A stretch of 32,000 bases of DNA from Sphingobacteriales bacterium (GTDB lineage Bacteria; Bacteroidota; Bacteroidia; Sphingobacteriales; Sphingobacteriaceae), in the NCBI GenBank assembly GCA_044337515.1, contig JBIINK010000001.1, forward strand, positions 109,840 through 141,839. The letters run 5' to 3'. Below the pieces are notes generated by a model. The model saw nothing but the letters and a program-made list of their open reading frames with translations, made no database searches and was not told where the DNA came from. A program made the translations under genes and the position numbers. Shown here in pieces: positions 18,301-25,700 of the stretch. How positions within the stretch are numbered: the first letter of the stretch is position 1; every line of letters begins with the position of its first letter.

Positions 18301-19019
18301 TAGGTGCAATTGTAAGTTTTGTGGTGGTGAGCATTATGTTTGCCTTCTTTTTGGTATTGGTATTTATTTATCAAAAGAAACGTAGGCAAAAAGAGCAAGA
18401 GCTGTTTGAATCTATTATATCTACTGAAGAGAAAGAGCGAATCCGAATTGCCAAAGAATTGCATGATAGCGTTGGCGCTTCATTATCGGCAGTAAAATTA
18501 CATTTTGGTGCATTAATGCCAGGCATAGAAAATGTAGAGAAAGCAGAGAGAATTGCAAAAATGCTAAGCGATGCTTGCGATGAAGTTCGCGTTATTTCTC
18601 ATCAAATGATGCCTAAGGCAATTCAGTCTGAAGGATTTTTTAACGCTTTAGATTTATTCCTTCGTCCTTTTAAACAGCTGGAGCAAGTCAACGTAGAATA
18701 CATCCTATTAGGAGAACCTCGAGAAATTGTAGATCAAAGCAAATCGGTTATGTTATTTCGAGTGATTCAAGAATTAGTTAATAATGCATTAAAGCATTCC
18801 GATGCAGCAAATATTACCATTCAAATTACAATACAGCCAGAAACCTTACTTGTGTTAGTTGAAGATGATGGCAAGGGTTTTGAAGTTAACAATGAAAACA
18901 AAAACAATGGATTAGGGCTAGCCAATATTCAAAATCGTGTGAATTATTTAAAAGGTAATTTGAATATTGAATCTGAACTTGGGAAAGGCACTACAGTACT
19001 GATTCATTTGAATATTTAA
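18273..19019 (+). CDS. Sensor histidine kinase core (HisKA_3 + HATPase_c), NarL-partner type
   Basis: The ORF track frame opens at 18201, and the first well-placed ATG is 18273 (MQSIETQALVGAIVSFVVVSIMFAFFLVLVFIY, one TM). The H-box is RIRIAKELHDSVGASLSAVKL, the N-box is ELVNNALKHS, and the G-boxes are DDGKGF and NGLGLANI. Confidence 0.8.
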   Translation: MQSIETQALVGAIVSFVVVSIMFAFFLVLVFIYQKKRRQKEQELFESIISTEEKERIRIAKELHDSVGASLSAVKLHFGALMPGIENVEKAERIAKMLSDACDEVRVISHQMMPKAIQSEGFFNALDLFLRPFKQLEQVNVEYILLGEPREIVDQSKSVMLFRVIQELVNNALKHSDAANITIQITIQPETLLVLVEDDGKGFEVNNENKNNGLGLANIQNRVNYLKGNLNIESELGKGTTVLIHLNI

Positions 19020-19223
19020 CGTTAATTGCTTGTTTATTAGCAAATTGCTGATTTTCAATAATTAGTTGTTTATTAATGCTCCATATAAATTAATATCTAA
19101 TTCCTCTGTTTTAGCCCTTTAAGCATCAAATTTGTTTGATTTCATGTAAAATATACATATTTTTAAAGACGACTAATATTATAAATACCTCAGATTATTT
19201 TGCGTACCACTATTTTGAGAACT

Positions 19224-21068
19224 ATGAGTGAAGGAAAGAAGATACTGATTAATGCATTTTTTTACGCTTTTTTGTTTTTTGTTCCGGCTCAGCAGACCAT
19301 GGCACAATCGTTTTTGTACCAACCGAAAGCAGGTCAGAACCCCGAACCCCTAAATCAAGCGAATAATTTCGAAATCGTTATTCGTCAAGAATTAACCAAA
19401 TTCTTTGCGCCAAGTACATTTCTTGTCGACATTAACATGTTGCAAGGAAATGTTGAAGTAATTAAACCTACACCTTCTACGAAAAAGAAGAAGAGTTTAC
19501 AACGTTTACCTGGTATGCCAGTTTTACCAAAAGGCTACCAAGATCAAGACAATAGCGACACTACTAAAAATTATACATACAGCATTGAGGAAGTGGATTA
19601 CCTTTATGTGAACGTAATAGTTGATACCACCTATTCAAATTCAGATATCGATTTCATTAATTCCTTGATTCGTTCTATTATTCCAATTGATGAAACGAAA
19701 GGTGATATTGTTAAAATAAAACGTTCTGTATTCCCTAAGGGTCAAGAGCTAATTGATAATAAAGGTGCAGAACCAGCAATAGCCCAAATTCCAAATTACT
19801 TACCTGCTCCTAGAGAGCCCGAACGCTTAGCTCCAGCTCCTATTGCACCTGTAGAGAAACAAGAAAAAGCTGCTGATAATACGCTTTTATATGTTTTCGT
19901 AGTACTCTTAATACTCTGCTTTATCATCATCGTATTTGTTACTTACTTACTATATCGTAAGAGTAAAGACAATGATAAAAAACCGAAAGCGGATGATGAT
20001 ACGAAGTTAATCCCAGGACCGAATGGTAGTGGACAAGATATGAGTATTATCTATCCAAACACAGGTGGTGGCGATTCTAGCAATTACCAAACAGAAGATA
20101 TTATCAATTACGAGTTCAATCGTCAACATGTTATTACGAGTGTAATTAGTAACCCGAAAGAAGTAGCAAGTATGTTCGAAACTTGGATACTCACTAATCC
20201 TGAAGATGGTAAGTTAAGAGCAGCGAATGCATTAAGTGCTGTAAACCCTAAGTTGTTGAATTTCTTACGTCCATTTATGGCCGAGCAAGTGTATTCAGAT
20301 TTAAATCAAGCAGTATCGAATCATCAATTAAAATCACATAGCGATAAATACCAAGAAGCAAGAGACTTTAGTAAGGAATTACTTTCGATGAATGCTGAAC
20401 CAGATCGCAATGAAGATCTTTTTGAATTTTTAAATCAAATTACTGATTCGCAAATCATTCATATGTTAAAAGAAGAAGATGATAATTTATCAGCTATTCT
20501 ATTAGCACAACTGGAAAGTAAAAGAAGTAAAAATGTATTGGGAATGATTGAAATTAATCGTCGTTCATCAATCGTAATGAAAATGAGTAAAATCGATTTC
20601 ATATCATCTTCAATCTATCGTGAAGTAGCTACGTATTTCTCTAAGAAAGCTATTGATGTAAAAGGAATGAAGAATGTTGCTTTCGATGGTTTACAATCTA
20701 TTTTGGATATTCTAGATCAAATGCAAGACGAAGATCAAGATCAATTGATCAGTACAATTGCTTCTCAAGATTTAGAATTGGCAAACAACATCAAACAACA
20801 ATTCGTTGGATTTAAAAATGTGGTTTACCTTACCGATCTTCAATTAGAAACAGCATTAAGAGATATCGATACCAACACGCTTGTTGATGCGCTTACTGGC
20901 ATTAGCAGTCACGTTCAAAGTAAAATTATCGTACAACGCCCACCTCGTGAGCAATCATTAATTAAAGCAGAATTAGAAAGCGGTAATACCGTTACCCCAG
21001 AGGATAGAGACGTGGCAAGAAAGAAAATTATCGATTCGATACGTAAAACATTAAAACTAGTGGCTTGA
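19224..21068 (+). CDS. FliF-C-terminal-like periplasmic domain + TM + full-length FliG-like cytoplasmic domain (fusion protein)
   Basis: The ORF track starts at the TTG at 19200. I prefer the ATG at 19224 (MSEGKKILINAFFYAFLFFVPAQQTMAQ, a signal peptide or TM1). YLYVNVIVDTTYSNSDIDFINSLIRSIIPIDETKGDIVKIKRSVFP resembles the FliF segment (rlsVaVvvd...RGD.v.v...F) just before its last TM. TM2 is LLYVFVVLLILCFIIIVFVTYLLY. The last ~320 aa align by eye with FliG middle (EEDDNLSAILLAQLESKRSKNVLGMIEINRRSSIVMKMSKI) and C-terminal motifs (FVGFKNVVYLTDLQLETALRDIDTNTLVDALTGISSHVQSKII...REQSLIKAELES...DRDVARKKIIDSIRK). Confidence 0.6.
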   Translation: MSEGKKILINAFFYAFLFFVPAQQTMAQSFLYQPKAGQNPEPLNQANNFEIVIRQELTKFFAPSTFLVDINMLQGNVEVIKPTPSTKKKKSLQRLPGMPVLPKGYQDQDNSDTTKNYTYSIEEVDYLYVNVIVDTTYSNSDIDFINSLIRSIIPIDETKGDIVKIKRSVFPKGQELIDNKGAEPAIAQIPNYLPAPREPERLAPAPIAPVEKQEKAADNTLLYVFVVLLILCFIIIVFVTYLLYRKSKDNDKKPKADDDTKLIPGPNGSGQDMSIIYPNTGGGDSSNYQTEDIINYEFNRQHVITSVISNPKEVASMFETWILTNPEDGKLRAANALSAVNPKLLNFLRPFMAEQVYSDLNQAVSNHQLKSHSDKYQEARDFSKELLSMNAEPDRNEDLFEFLNQITDSQIIHMLKEEDDNLSAILLAQLESKRSKNVLGMIEINRRSSIVMKMSKIDFISSSIYREVATYFSKKAIDVKGMKNVAFDGLQSILDILDQMQDEDQDQLISTIASQDLELANNIKQQFVGFKNVVYLTDLQLETALRDIDTNTLVDALTGISSHVQSKIIVQRPPREQSLIKAELESGNTVTPEDRDVARKKIIDSIRKTLKLVA

Positions 21069-22132
21069 TGAAAAGAATAATACTACTCCTAACATTAATT
21101 TGTTCATTATACGGTTCATCTAAAGCTCAGATTGATAAGAATAATCCTATCATTAGAAAGCAATTGGAATTGGTAGATTTAATGGATGAAATTACCGATC
21201 AGGTAAAATTAAATGATCTACTTTACAAACGTGTAGCATTAGCATCTTTTGATTATCCCGATTACATTCTTAATGAAAGTGAAGCGTCACAAATTCGAAG
21301 TAGAATTGAAGGTGCCTTTGCAGTTTCAGGTTTTACTGTAGTATCGGCTCCTGAATTCAAACAAAAACCATTAACCATTGTAAATGGTACCGATTCTAAC
21401 CTTACCATTACTCGTCAAAACACCTTAGAGCGTTTAATTTTAGACGAGGATATGATGAATAATGTTATTGACAAGTATGCTTTGCAAGCGTTAGTTTATG
21501 TGCAATTAACCTATGATCACATTACTGGTTTTCAAGCAAATATTCAGTTAGTAAAATCCAGGTCTAAAGAATTAATTTATAGTGTTGTATTGAATTCTAA
21601 TCCAGAGATGTATAATCCTAGAAAAGCTGAATTCCAAGCAGCCGCTGGTATTTCGTTCTTTAAAAATCAATTTTATTTAGTTGACAATATAGATCAAGGT
21701 GATCAATTCTTAGCGACAATGTCTGATGCTACTCTAATATGGCGCCAACCATTTAATAAAAACCATGGTGGTTTTTATGGTTTTAGAACCGGATTATCAT
21801 TTCTTCAATTAATGAGCACGGGAGTAGATACAGGCTTTACAAAATTCAATAAAGTAATGCCTCATGCTGGTTTCTATTATTCTTTATGTTTTTTAAAGAA
21901 AAATGATCAGCCGCGTAAATATTGGATGGAAGCGTTTCAATCAATGGGAGTTCAAATTTCCAATGAAGTAATACCATTTGTTCGTCAAGGTTTAATAGTT
22001 AACATGACTCAAAATCTAAGTTTAGAACTTGATTTTAGATATTTCTTAGTTAATTCAATTTTTACAAATACAAAAAATACATTACAGTTAGCAAATTTTG
22101 GATATGGATTCAGCTTTATATACAGGCCTTAA
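21068..22132 (+). CDS. Secreted protein with N-terminal alpha/beta domain and C-terminal outer-membrane beta-barrel-like domain
   Basis: The ATG at 21068 overlaps the upstream TGA (TGATG). The signal peptide is MKRIILLLTLICSLYGSSKA/Q. The C-terminal half shows beta-strand alternation and ends LANFGYGFSFIYRP. No family recognised. Confidence 0.5.
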   Translation: MKRIILLLTLICSLYGSSKAQIDKNNPIIRKQLELVDLMDEITDQVKLNDLLYKRVALASFDYPDYILNESEASQIRSRIEGAFAVSGFTVVSAPEFKQKPLTIVNGTDSNLTITRQNTLERLILDEDMMNNVIDKYALQALVYVQLTYDHITGFQANIQLVKSRSKELIYSVVLNSNPEMYNPRKAEFQAAAGISFFKNQFYLVDNIDQGDQFLATMSDATLIWRQPFNKNHGGFYGFRTGLSFLQLMSTGVDTGFTKFNKVMPHAGFYYSLCFLKKNDQPRKYWMEAFQSMGVQISNEVIPFVRQGLIVNMTQNLSLELDFRYFLVNSIFTNTKNTLQLANFGYGFSFIYRP

Positions 22133-22667
22133 GTATACTTTAATTATTTCAATTTTTGCACTTGCATCTTGCGACACTCGTTATACTATACAAGATTTAG
22201 CAGAGCAACAACGCATTGCCGAAAACTCACGAAGAGCCTATTCTACAAAGGATCCCGTGAATATTAAGTATAAAAATAATGCAGCTTCAATAGATTATGC
22301 AGTAGGGAAGGGTAATGAAGAATTTGTATTATCAATGACTACTGACCCAAAATCAAAAAAAGATGTTATTGATGGTTCTTTAAATGTTAGTAAAGAAGCA
22401 AAAGATGCTGTTAACTTAGCGATGAAATACTATCGCCGTTCTCAAGAATTCTTATATGTTGACGATTACAATTCAGCATTAGATTATGTTGATGAGTCTT
22501 TAAAAATTATTGAAACTGCAGAAGCATTATCTTTAAAAGGTAGTGTGCTATACGTGATGGGTAACGAAGAAAAAGCAAAAGAACTTTGGATGCAAGCCGC
22601 TAAACTTGATCCAGAAATTAGAGTGCCTTCTGCAAAAGAATTAAAAGACATTACTTCAAAAAAATAA
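22098..22667 (+). CDS. TPR-repeat lipoprotein
   Basis: 189-aa ORF overlapping the previous gene by 35 nt. Lipobox is LIISIFALASC/DTR. TPR-like helices are in the C-terminal half (AMKYYRRSQEFLYVDDYNSALDYVDESLKI...GNEEKAKELWMQAAKLDPE). Confidence 0.6.
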   Translation: MDMDSALYTGLKYTLIISIFALASCDTRYTIQDLAEQQRIAENSRRAYSTKDPVNIKYKNNAASIDYAVGKGNEEFVLSMTTDPKSKKDVIDGSLNVSKEAKDAVNLAMKYYRRSQEFLYVDDYNSALDYVDESLKIIETAEALSLKGSVLYVMGNEEKAKELWMQAAKLDPEIRVPSAKELKDITSKK

Positions 22668-22669
22668 AT

Positions 22670-23500
22670 ATGAAATTTTCCATCGGAACATTTTTAGGAT
22701 TCTCAATCTGTACTGCATTAATTATTTTAGGTATTATGGATACTGCTGGGGCAATACGCTTAGAGCATTACATTCCTAACATGATGAAAAATCCTTTCAT
22801 ACATATCGCAGGTTTTTTCATTGTATTTGGTGGAGTAATGGCATCTATGTTTGTAATGTATCCAGTAAATGTAGTGTTTGGTGCATTAGGTAAATTCGGA
22901 CAATTATTCAGTCAAACAAAACATAAAGCAATTTCTATAAATGAAGATGTAGAAATGGTAGTTGGTTGGGCTGATCGCATTAAAAAAGATAAGAAAGAAT
23001 TTTTGAATGATATTGCACAAAACGAGAAAGATTCGTTCGTGCGATTATTGTTTGATTTGTATAATACTAATTACTCTTCTTCGGATATCCGAACTATGGG
23101 CGAAACTAGTATTGATAAAGACTATAGCCAATCTATTCAAATGTCGGATGTGTTTCATGCTATGGCGAACTCGGCGCCAGCGTTTGGTATGTTGGGTACG
23201 GTGTTGGGTATGATTGTGATGTTGAATAATTTAAATGACCCTTCGAATATTGGTCCAGGTATTTCTACAGGATTAATAGGTACTCTTTATGGTGTTGCAT
23301 CAGCTAATTTATTTTTCATCCCATTGTCTAAAAAAATTAGATATAATGGTTTACATACGCAACGTAGAGAAATTATTATTTTAGAAGGGATGTTATTGAT
23401 TAAAGAGAATAAACCATCAATGGTAATTCGCGACCAATTAATGTCGTTTGTAAGCAGAGATGATTCTGATGCTTCAACTAAAACAGCAACAGCAAAATAA
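22670..23500 (+). CDS. motA: MotA/PomA-type stator channel protein (MotA/TolQ/ExbB superfamily)
   Basis: 276-aa ORF with two N-terminal TMs, a ~100-aa cytoplasmic loop, and then TM3/TM4 carrying the conserved prolines (SAPAFGMLGTVLGMIVML; GLIGTLYGVASANLFFIPLSKKI). The MotA-type C-terminus reads REIIILEGMLLIKENKPSMVIRDQLMSFV. Confidence 0.8.
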   Translation: MKFSIGTFLGFSICTALIILGIMDTAGAIRLEHYIPNMMKNPFIHIAGFFIVFGGVMASMFVMYPVNVVFGALGKFGQLFSQTKHKAISINEDVEMVVGWADRIKKDKKEFLNDIAQNEKDSFVRLLFDLYNTNYSSSDIRTMGETSIDKDYSQSIQMSDVFHAMANSAPAFGMLGTVLGMIVMLNNLNDPSNIGPGISTGLIGTLYGVASANLFFIPLSKKIRYNGLHTQRREIIILEGMLLIKENKPSMVIRDQLMSFVSRDDSDASTKTATAK

Positions 23501-24186
23501 TGTCGGGAGAAGATAACAGACGTAAGCTAAAAAAGAATATCCGAGAGGAGGTTCATGCGGAGCTTTGGCTAATTACGTATGCCGATTTGATTACCTTACT
23601 GTTATGTTTTTTCATTCTATTATTTGCATCAGCAAACGTTGACCAAAACGTTTGGGATCGTGTAAAGGCTAGTTATAGTTCTAAAGTAAAAAACAAAACC
23701 ATATCAACTCCATTAAGTGAAATTAAACATCAACTTGATTCCATGTTGATGAAAGAAGTGAAAGATAAAAGTCTAGAAATCGAAAATAAAGACAACGCCA
23801 TTAACATGCGTTTCTTAAGTAATTCTTTTTACAATAGTGGCGACGCTAAACTGCTCCCAGAAGGAAAAGAAATTGTAGACAAAATTTTCGAAATTATTAA
23901 TGCCGTAAGCAAAGAGAAAAAAGCAAATTTTAGTCTCGACGTTGAAGGACATACCGATGATAACCCTATTGCCACCAAAGAATTTCCTTCAAACTGGGAA
24001 CTCTCTGTTGCACGTGCTTCTAATGTTGTGCGTTACCTAATTGATAGAGGTATGGAACCCCAACGATTAAAAGCTTCAGGTTATGCAGATACACAACCCG
24101 TGGTATCTAACCGAAACGGTAAAGGCGAACCTATTCCTGCAAATCAATCTGTTAATAGAAGGGTTGTGTTGAGGATACATTACTAA
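23500..24186 (+). CDS. motB: MotB-type stator protein with OmpA-like peptidoglycan-binding domain
   Basis: The ATG overlaps the motA-like stop (TAATG). The single TM has the channel Asp in the MotB signature WLITYADLITLLLCFFILLFA. The C-terminal OmpA/MotB domain reads FYNSGDAKLLPEGKEIVDKI...LDVEGHTDDNPI...SNWELSVARASNVVRYL...GYADTQPV...NQSVNRRVVLRI. Confidence 0.85.
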   Translation: MSGEDNRRKLKKNIREEVHAELWLITYADLITLLLCFFILLFASANVDQNVWDRVKASYSSKVKNKTISTPLSEIKHQLDSMLMKEVKDKSLEIENKDNAINMRFLSNSFYNSGDAKLLPEGKEIVDKIFEIINAVSKEKKANFSLDVEGHTDDNPIATKEFPSNWELSVARASNVVRYLIDRGMEPQRLKASGYADTQPVVSNRNGKGEPIPANQSVNRRVVLRIHY

Positions 24187-24261
24187 ACTAAACTTAATTT
24201 ATTTCATTTCATTTATGTCAAACCCCTCAACTGCGCTTCGCTCCGTTCGGGGACCGTCACT

Positions 24262-24297
24262 AATAGCATAATAGCATAATATCATATTAGCATATTA
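24262..24297. repeat. Octamer array aatagcat x4 (agcat family), forward orientation
   Basis: aatagcat aatagcat aatatcat attagcat, located between the motB-like gene and pgk. Confidence 0.75.
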
Positions 24298-24301
24298 TTG
24301 T

Positions 24302-24309
24302 TATTTTTG
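24302..24309 (+). promoter_or_regulatory. Candidate -7 box (TATTTTTG) for pgk
   Basis: It fits the Bacteroidota TAnnTTTG consensus and lies 19 nt upstream of the pgk ATG. I saw no clear -33 TTG. Confidence 0.3.
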
Positions 24310-24327
24310 AAACAAATAATAACAATA

Positions 24328-25518
24328 ATGAAAACCATCGATTCCATCAATTTCCAAGGTAAACGCGCATTAATTCGTGTAGATTTTAATGTACCATTAA
24401 ATGCTGAATTTCAAATTACAGACGATACTCGTATGCAAGCTGCAGTTCCAACAATTAAGAAAATATTAAACGATGGTGGTTCAGTAGTGTTAATGTCGCA
24501 TTTAGGTAGGCCGAAAGAAGGACCTGTAGAAAAATACTCTTTAAATCATATTGTTAAACACTTAGCCGAACTAACTGGTGCAACTATTTCGTTTGCTAAC
24601 GATTGCATTTCGGATGATTCTTATGCTAAATCATCAGCTTTAAAAGCTGGAGAGATTTTATTGTTAGAAAATTTACGTTTTTATAAAGAAGAAGAAAAAG
24701 GGGATGAGGCTTTTGCTGAAAAATTAGCTAAGCATGGTGATGTTTATGTAAACGATGCCTTTGGTACAGCACACCGTGCACATGCTTCGACAACCATCGT
24801 AGCTGAGTTTTTCCCTGATGCAAAAGTGTTCGGTTATGTAATGGCCAACGAATTAAAAAATGCAGAAAAAGTAATGAACCATGCTGATCGTCCATTTACA
24901 GCAATTATGGGTGGTGCAAAAGTTTCAGATAAAATTTTATTGATTGAGAAATTATTAGACACCGTAAACTCCATTATTATAGGTGGTGGTATGGCGTATA
25001 CTTTTGCGAAAGCAATGGGAGGTTCTATTGGTGGTTCATTAGTAGAAGAAGATAAATTACCATTAGCATTACAACTTATTGAAAAAGCAAAAGCAAAAGG
25101 AGTGAACCTAGCTTTGCCTATTGATTCTATTATTGCTGATGCGTTCAATAACGATGCTAATATCTCTAAAGCTAATAACGATTCTATTCCTGATGGTTGG
25201 ATGGGTTTAGATATTGGCGAAAATTCTACCAAAACGTTTAAAGAAATTATAGGTAACTCTAAAACTATTTTATGGAATGGTCCGATGGGTGTTTTTGAAA
25301 TGAGCAATTTTGAAAATGGCACCAAGCAAATTGCCTTAGCAGTTGTTGAAGCAACAAAGAACGGAGCATTCTCTTTAATTGGTGGTGGCGATTCTGCCGC
25401 TGCTGTAGCGAAGTTTAATTTAACAGATGATGTTTCTTACGTATCAACTGGTGGTGGTGCTTTACTCGAATATATGGAGGGGAAGGTGTTGCCGGGAGTA
25501 GCCGCTATTCTTAATTAG
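24328..25518 (+). CDS. pgk: Phosphoglycerate kinase
   Basis: The ORF track opens at the TTG at 24298. The ATG at 24328 gives the canonical N-terminus [24 protein letters not shown]. Also present are [20 protein letters not shown] and GGGDSAAAV. Confidence 0.95.
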   Translation: MKTIDSINFQGKRALIRVDFNVPLNAEFQITDDTRMQAAVPTIKKILNDGGSVVLMSHLGRPKEGPVEKYSLNHIVKHLAELTGATISFANDCISDDSYAKSSALKAGEILLLENLRFYKEEEKGDEAFAEKLAKHGDVYVNDAFGTAHRAHASTTIVAEFFPDAKVFGYVMANELKNAEKVMNHADRPFTAIMGGAKVSDKILLIEKLLDTVNSIIIGGGMAYTFAKAMGGSIGGSLVEEDKLPLALQLIEKAKAKGVNLALPIDSIIADAFNNDANISKANNDSIPDGWMGLDIGENSTKTFKEIIGNSKTILWNGPMGVFEMSNFENGTKQIALAVVEATKNGAFSLIGGGDSAAAVAKFNLTDDVSYVSTGGGALLEYMEGKVLPGVAAILN

Positions 25519-25544
25519 GAATTAAGAATTAGGAATTAGGAATT
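25513..25544. repeat. Heptamer array aattagg x4.5, including the pgk last codon and stop
   Basis: aattagg aattaag aattagg aattagg aatt. The pgk codon AAT and stop TAG (25516-25518) lie in unit 1. Confidence 0.85.
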
Positions 25545-25553
25545 TTTTTTATT

Positions 25554-25585
25554 TGTCGGAGTGTTTTCATTCCGACATTTTTTTT
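25554..25585 (+). terminator. Rho-independent terminator of pgk
   Basis: tgtcggagtg (25554-25563) pairs with cattccgaca (25568-25577). This is a 10-bp stem with one G-U pair and a tttt tetraloop, followed by an 8-T run (25578-25585). Confidence 0.85.
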
Positions 25586-25637
25586 GTTTTTTAAGTTGTT
25601 CCCTATTTTAAGAATATCACCTACGCAGCACTAAATT

Positions 25638-25700
25638 CCTAATTCCTAATTCCTAATTCCTAATTCCTAATTCCTAATTTGTAATTCCTAATTCCTAATT
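25638..25700. repeat. Heptamer array cctaatt x9, the inverted partner of 25513-25544, including the gap stop and last four codons
   Basis: Nine phased units with one variant (tgtaatt). The gap stop (complement of 25688-25690) and codons K-I-R-N are encoded by the array. Confidence 0.9.

Noticed and set aside
19020-19223. Promoter or terminator signals upstream of the FliG/MotAB-like operon
   Set aside because: I found only a weak 5-bp palindrome (agcaa-a-ttgct near 19040-19050) and a duplicated ttgtttatta word. I could find no TAnnTTTG box, so there is not enough to call a feature.
23007-23213. 68-aa alternative-frame ORF inside the MotA-like gene
   Set aside because: It is in a different frame on the same strand within a gene that has clear family motifs. 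It is Cys/Arg/Trp-rich, typical of an off-frame artefact.
22670-24186. Alternative readings of the MotA/MotB-like pair as ExbB/ExbD, TolQ/TolR or Zorya ZorA/ZorB
   Set aside because: The second protein has a C-terminal OmpA-like peptidoglycan-binding domain and the YAD(L/F)xT MotB signature, unlike ExbD/TolR. The first protein is 276 aa with a MotA-type C-terminus and lacks the long ZorA coiled-coil tail. No tonB, tolA, tolB, pal, zorC or zorD is adjacent. A FliG-like protein heads the operon. This is still only a by-eye judgement.
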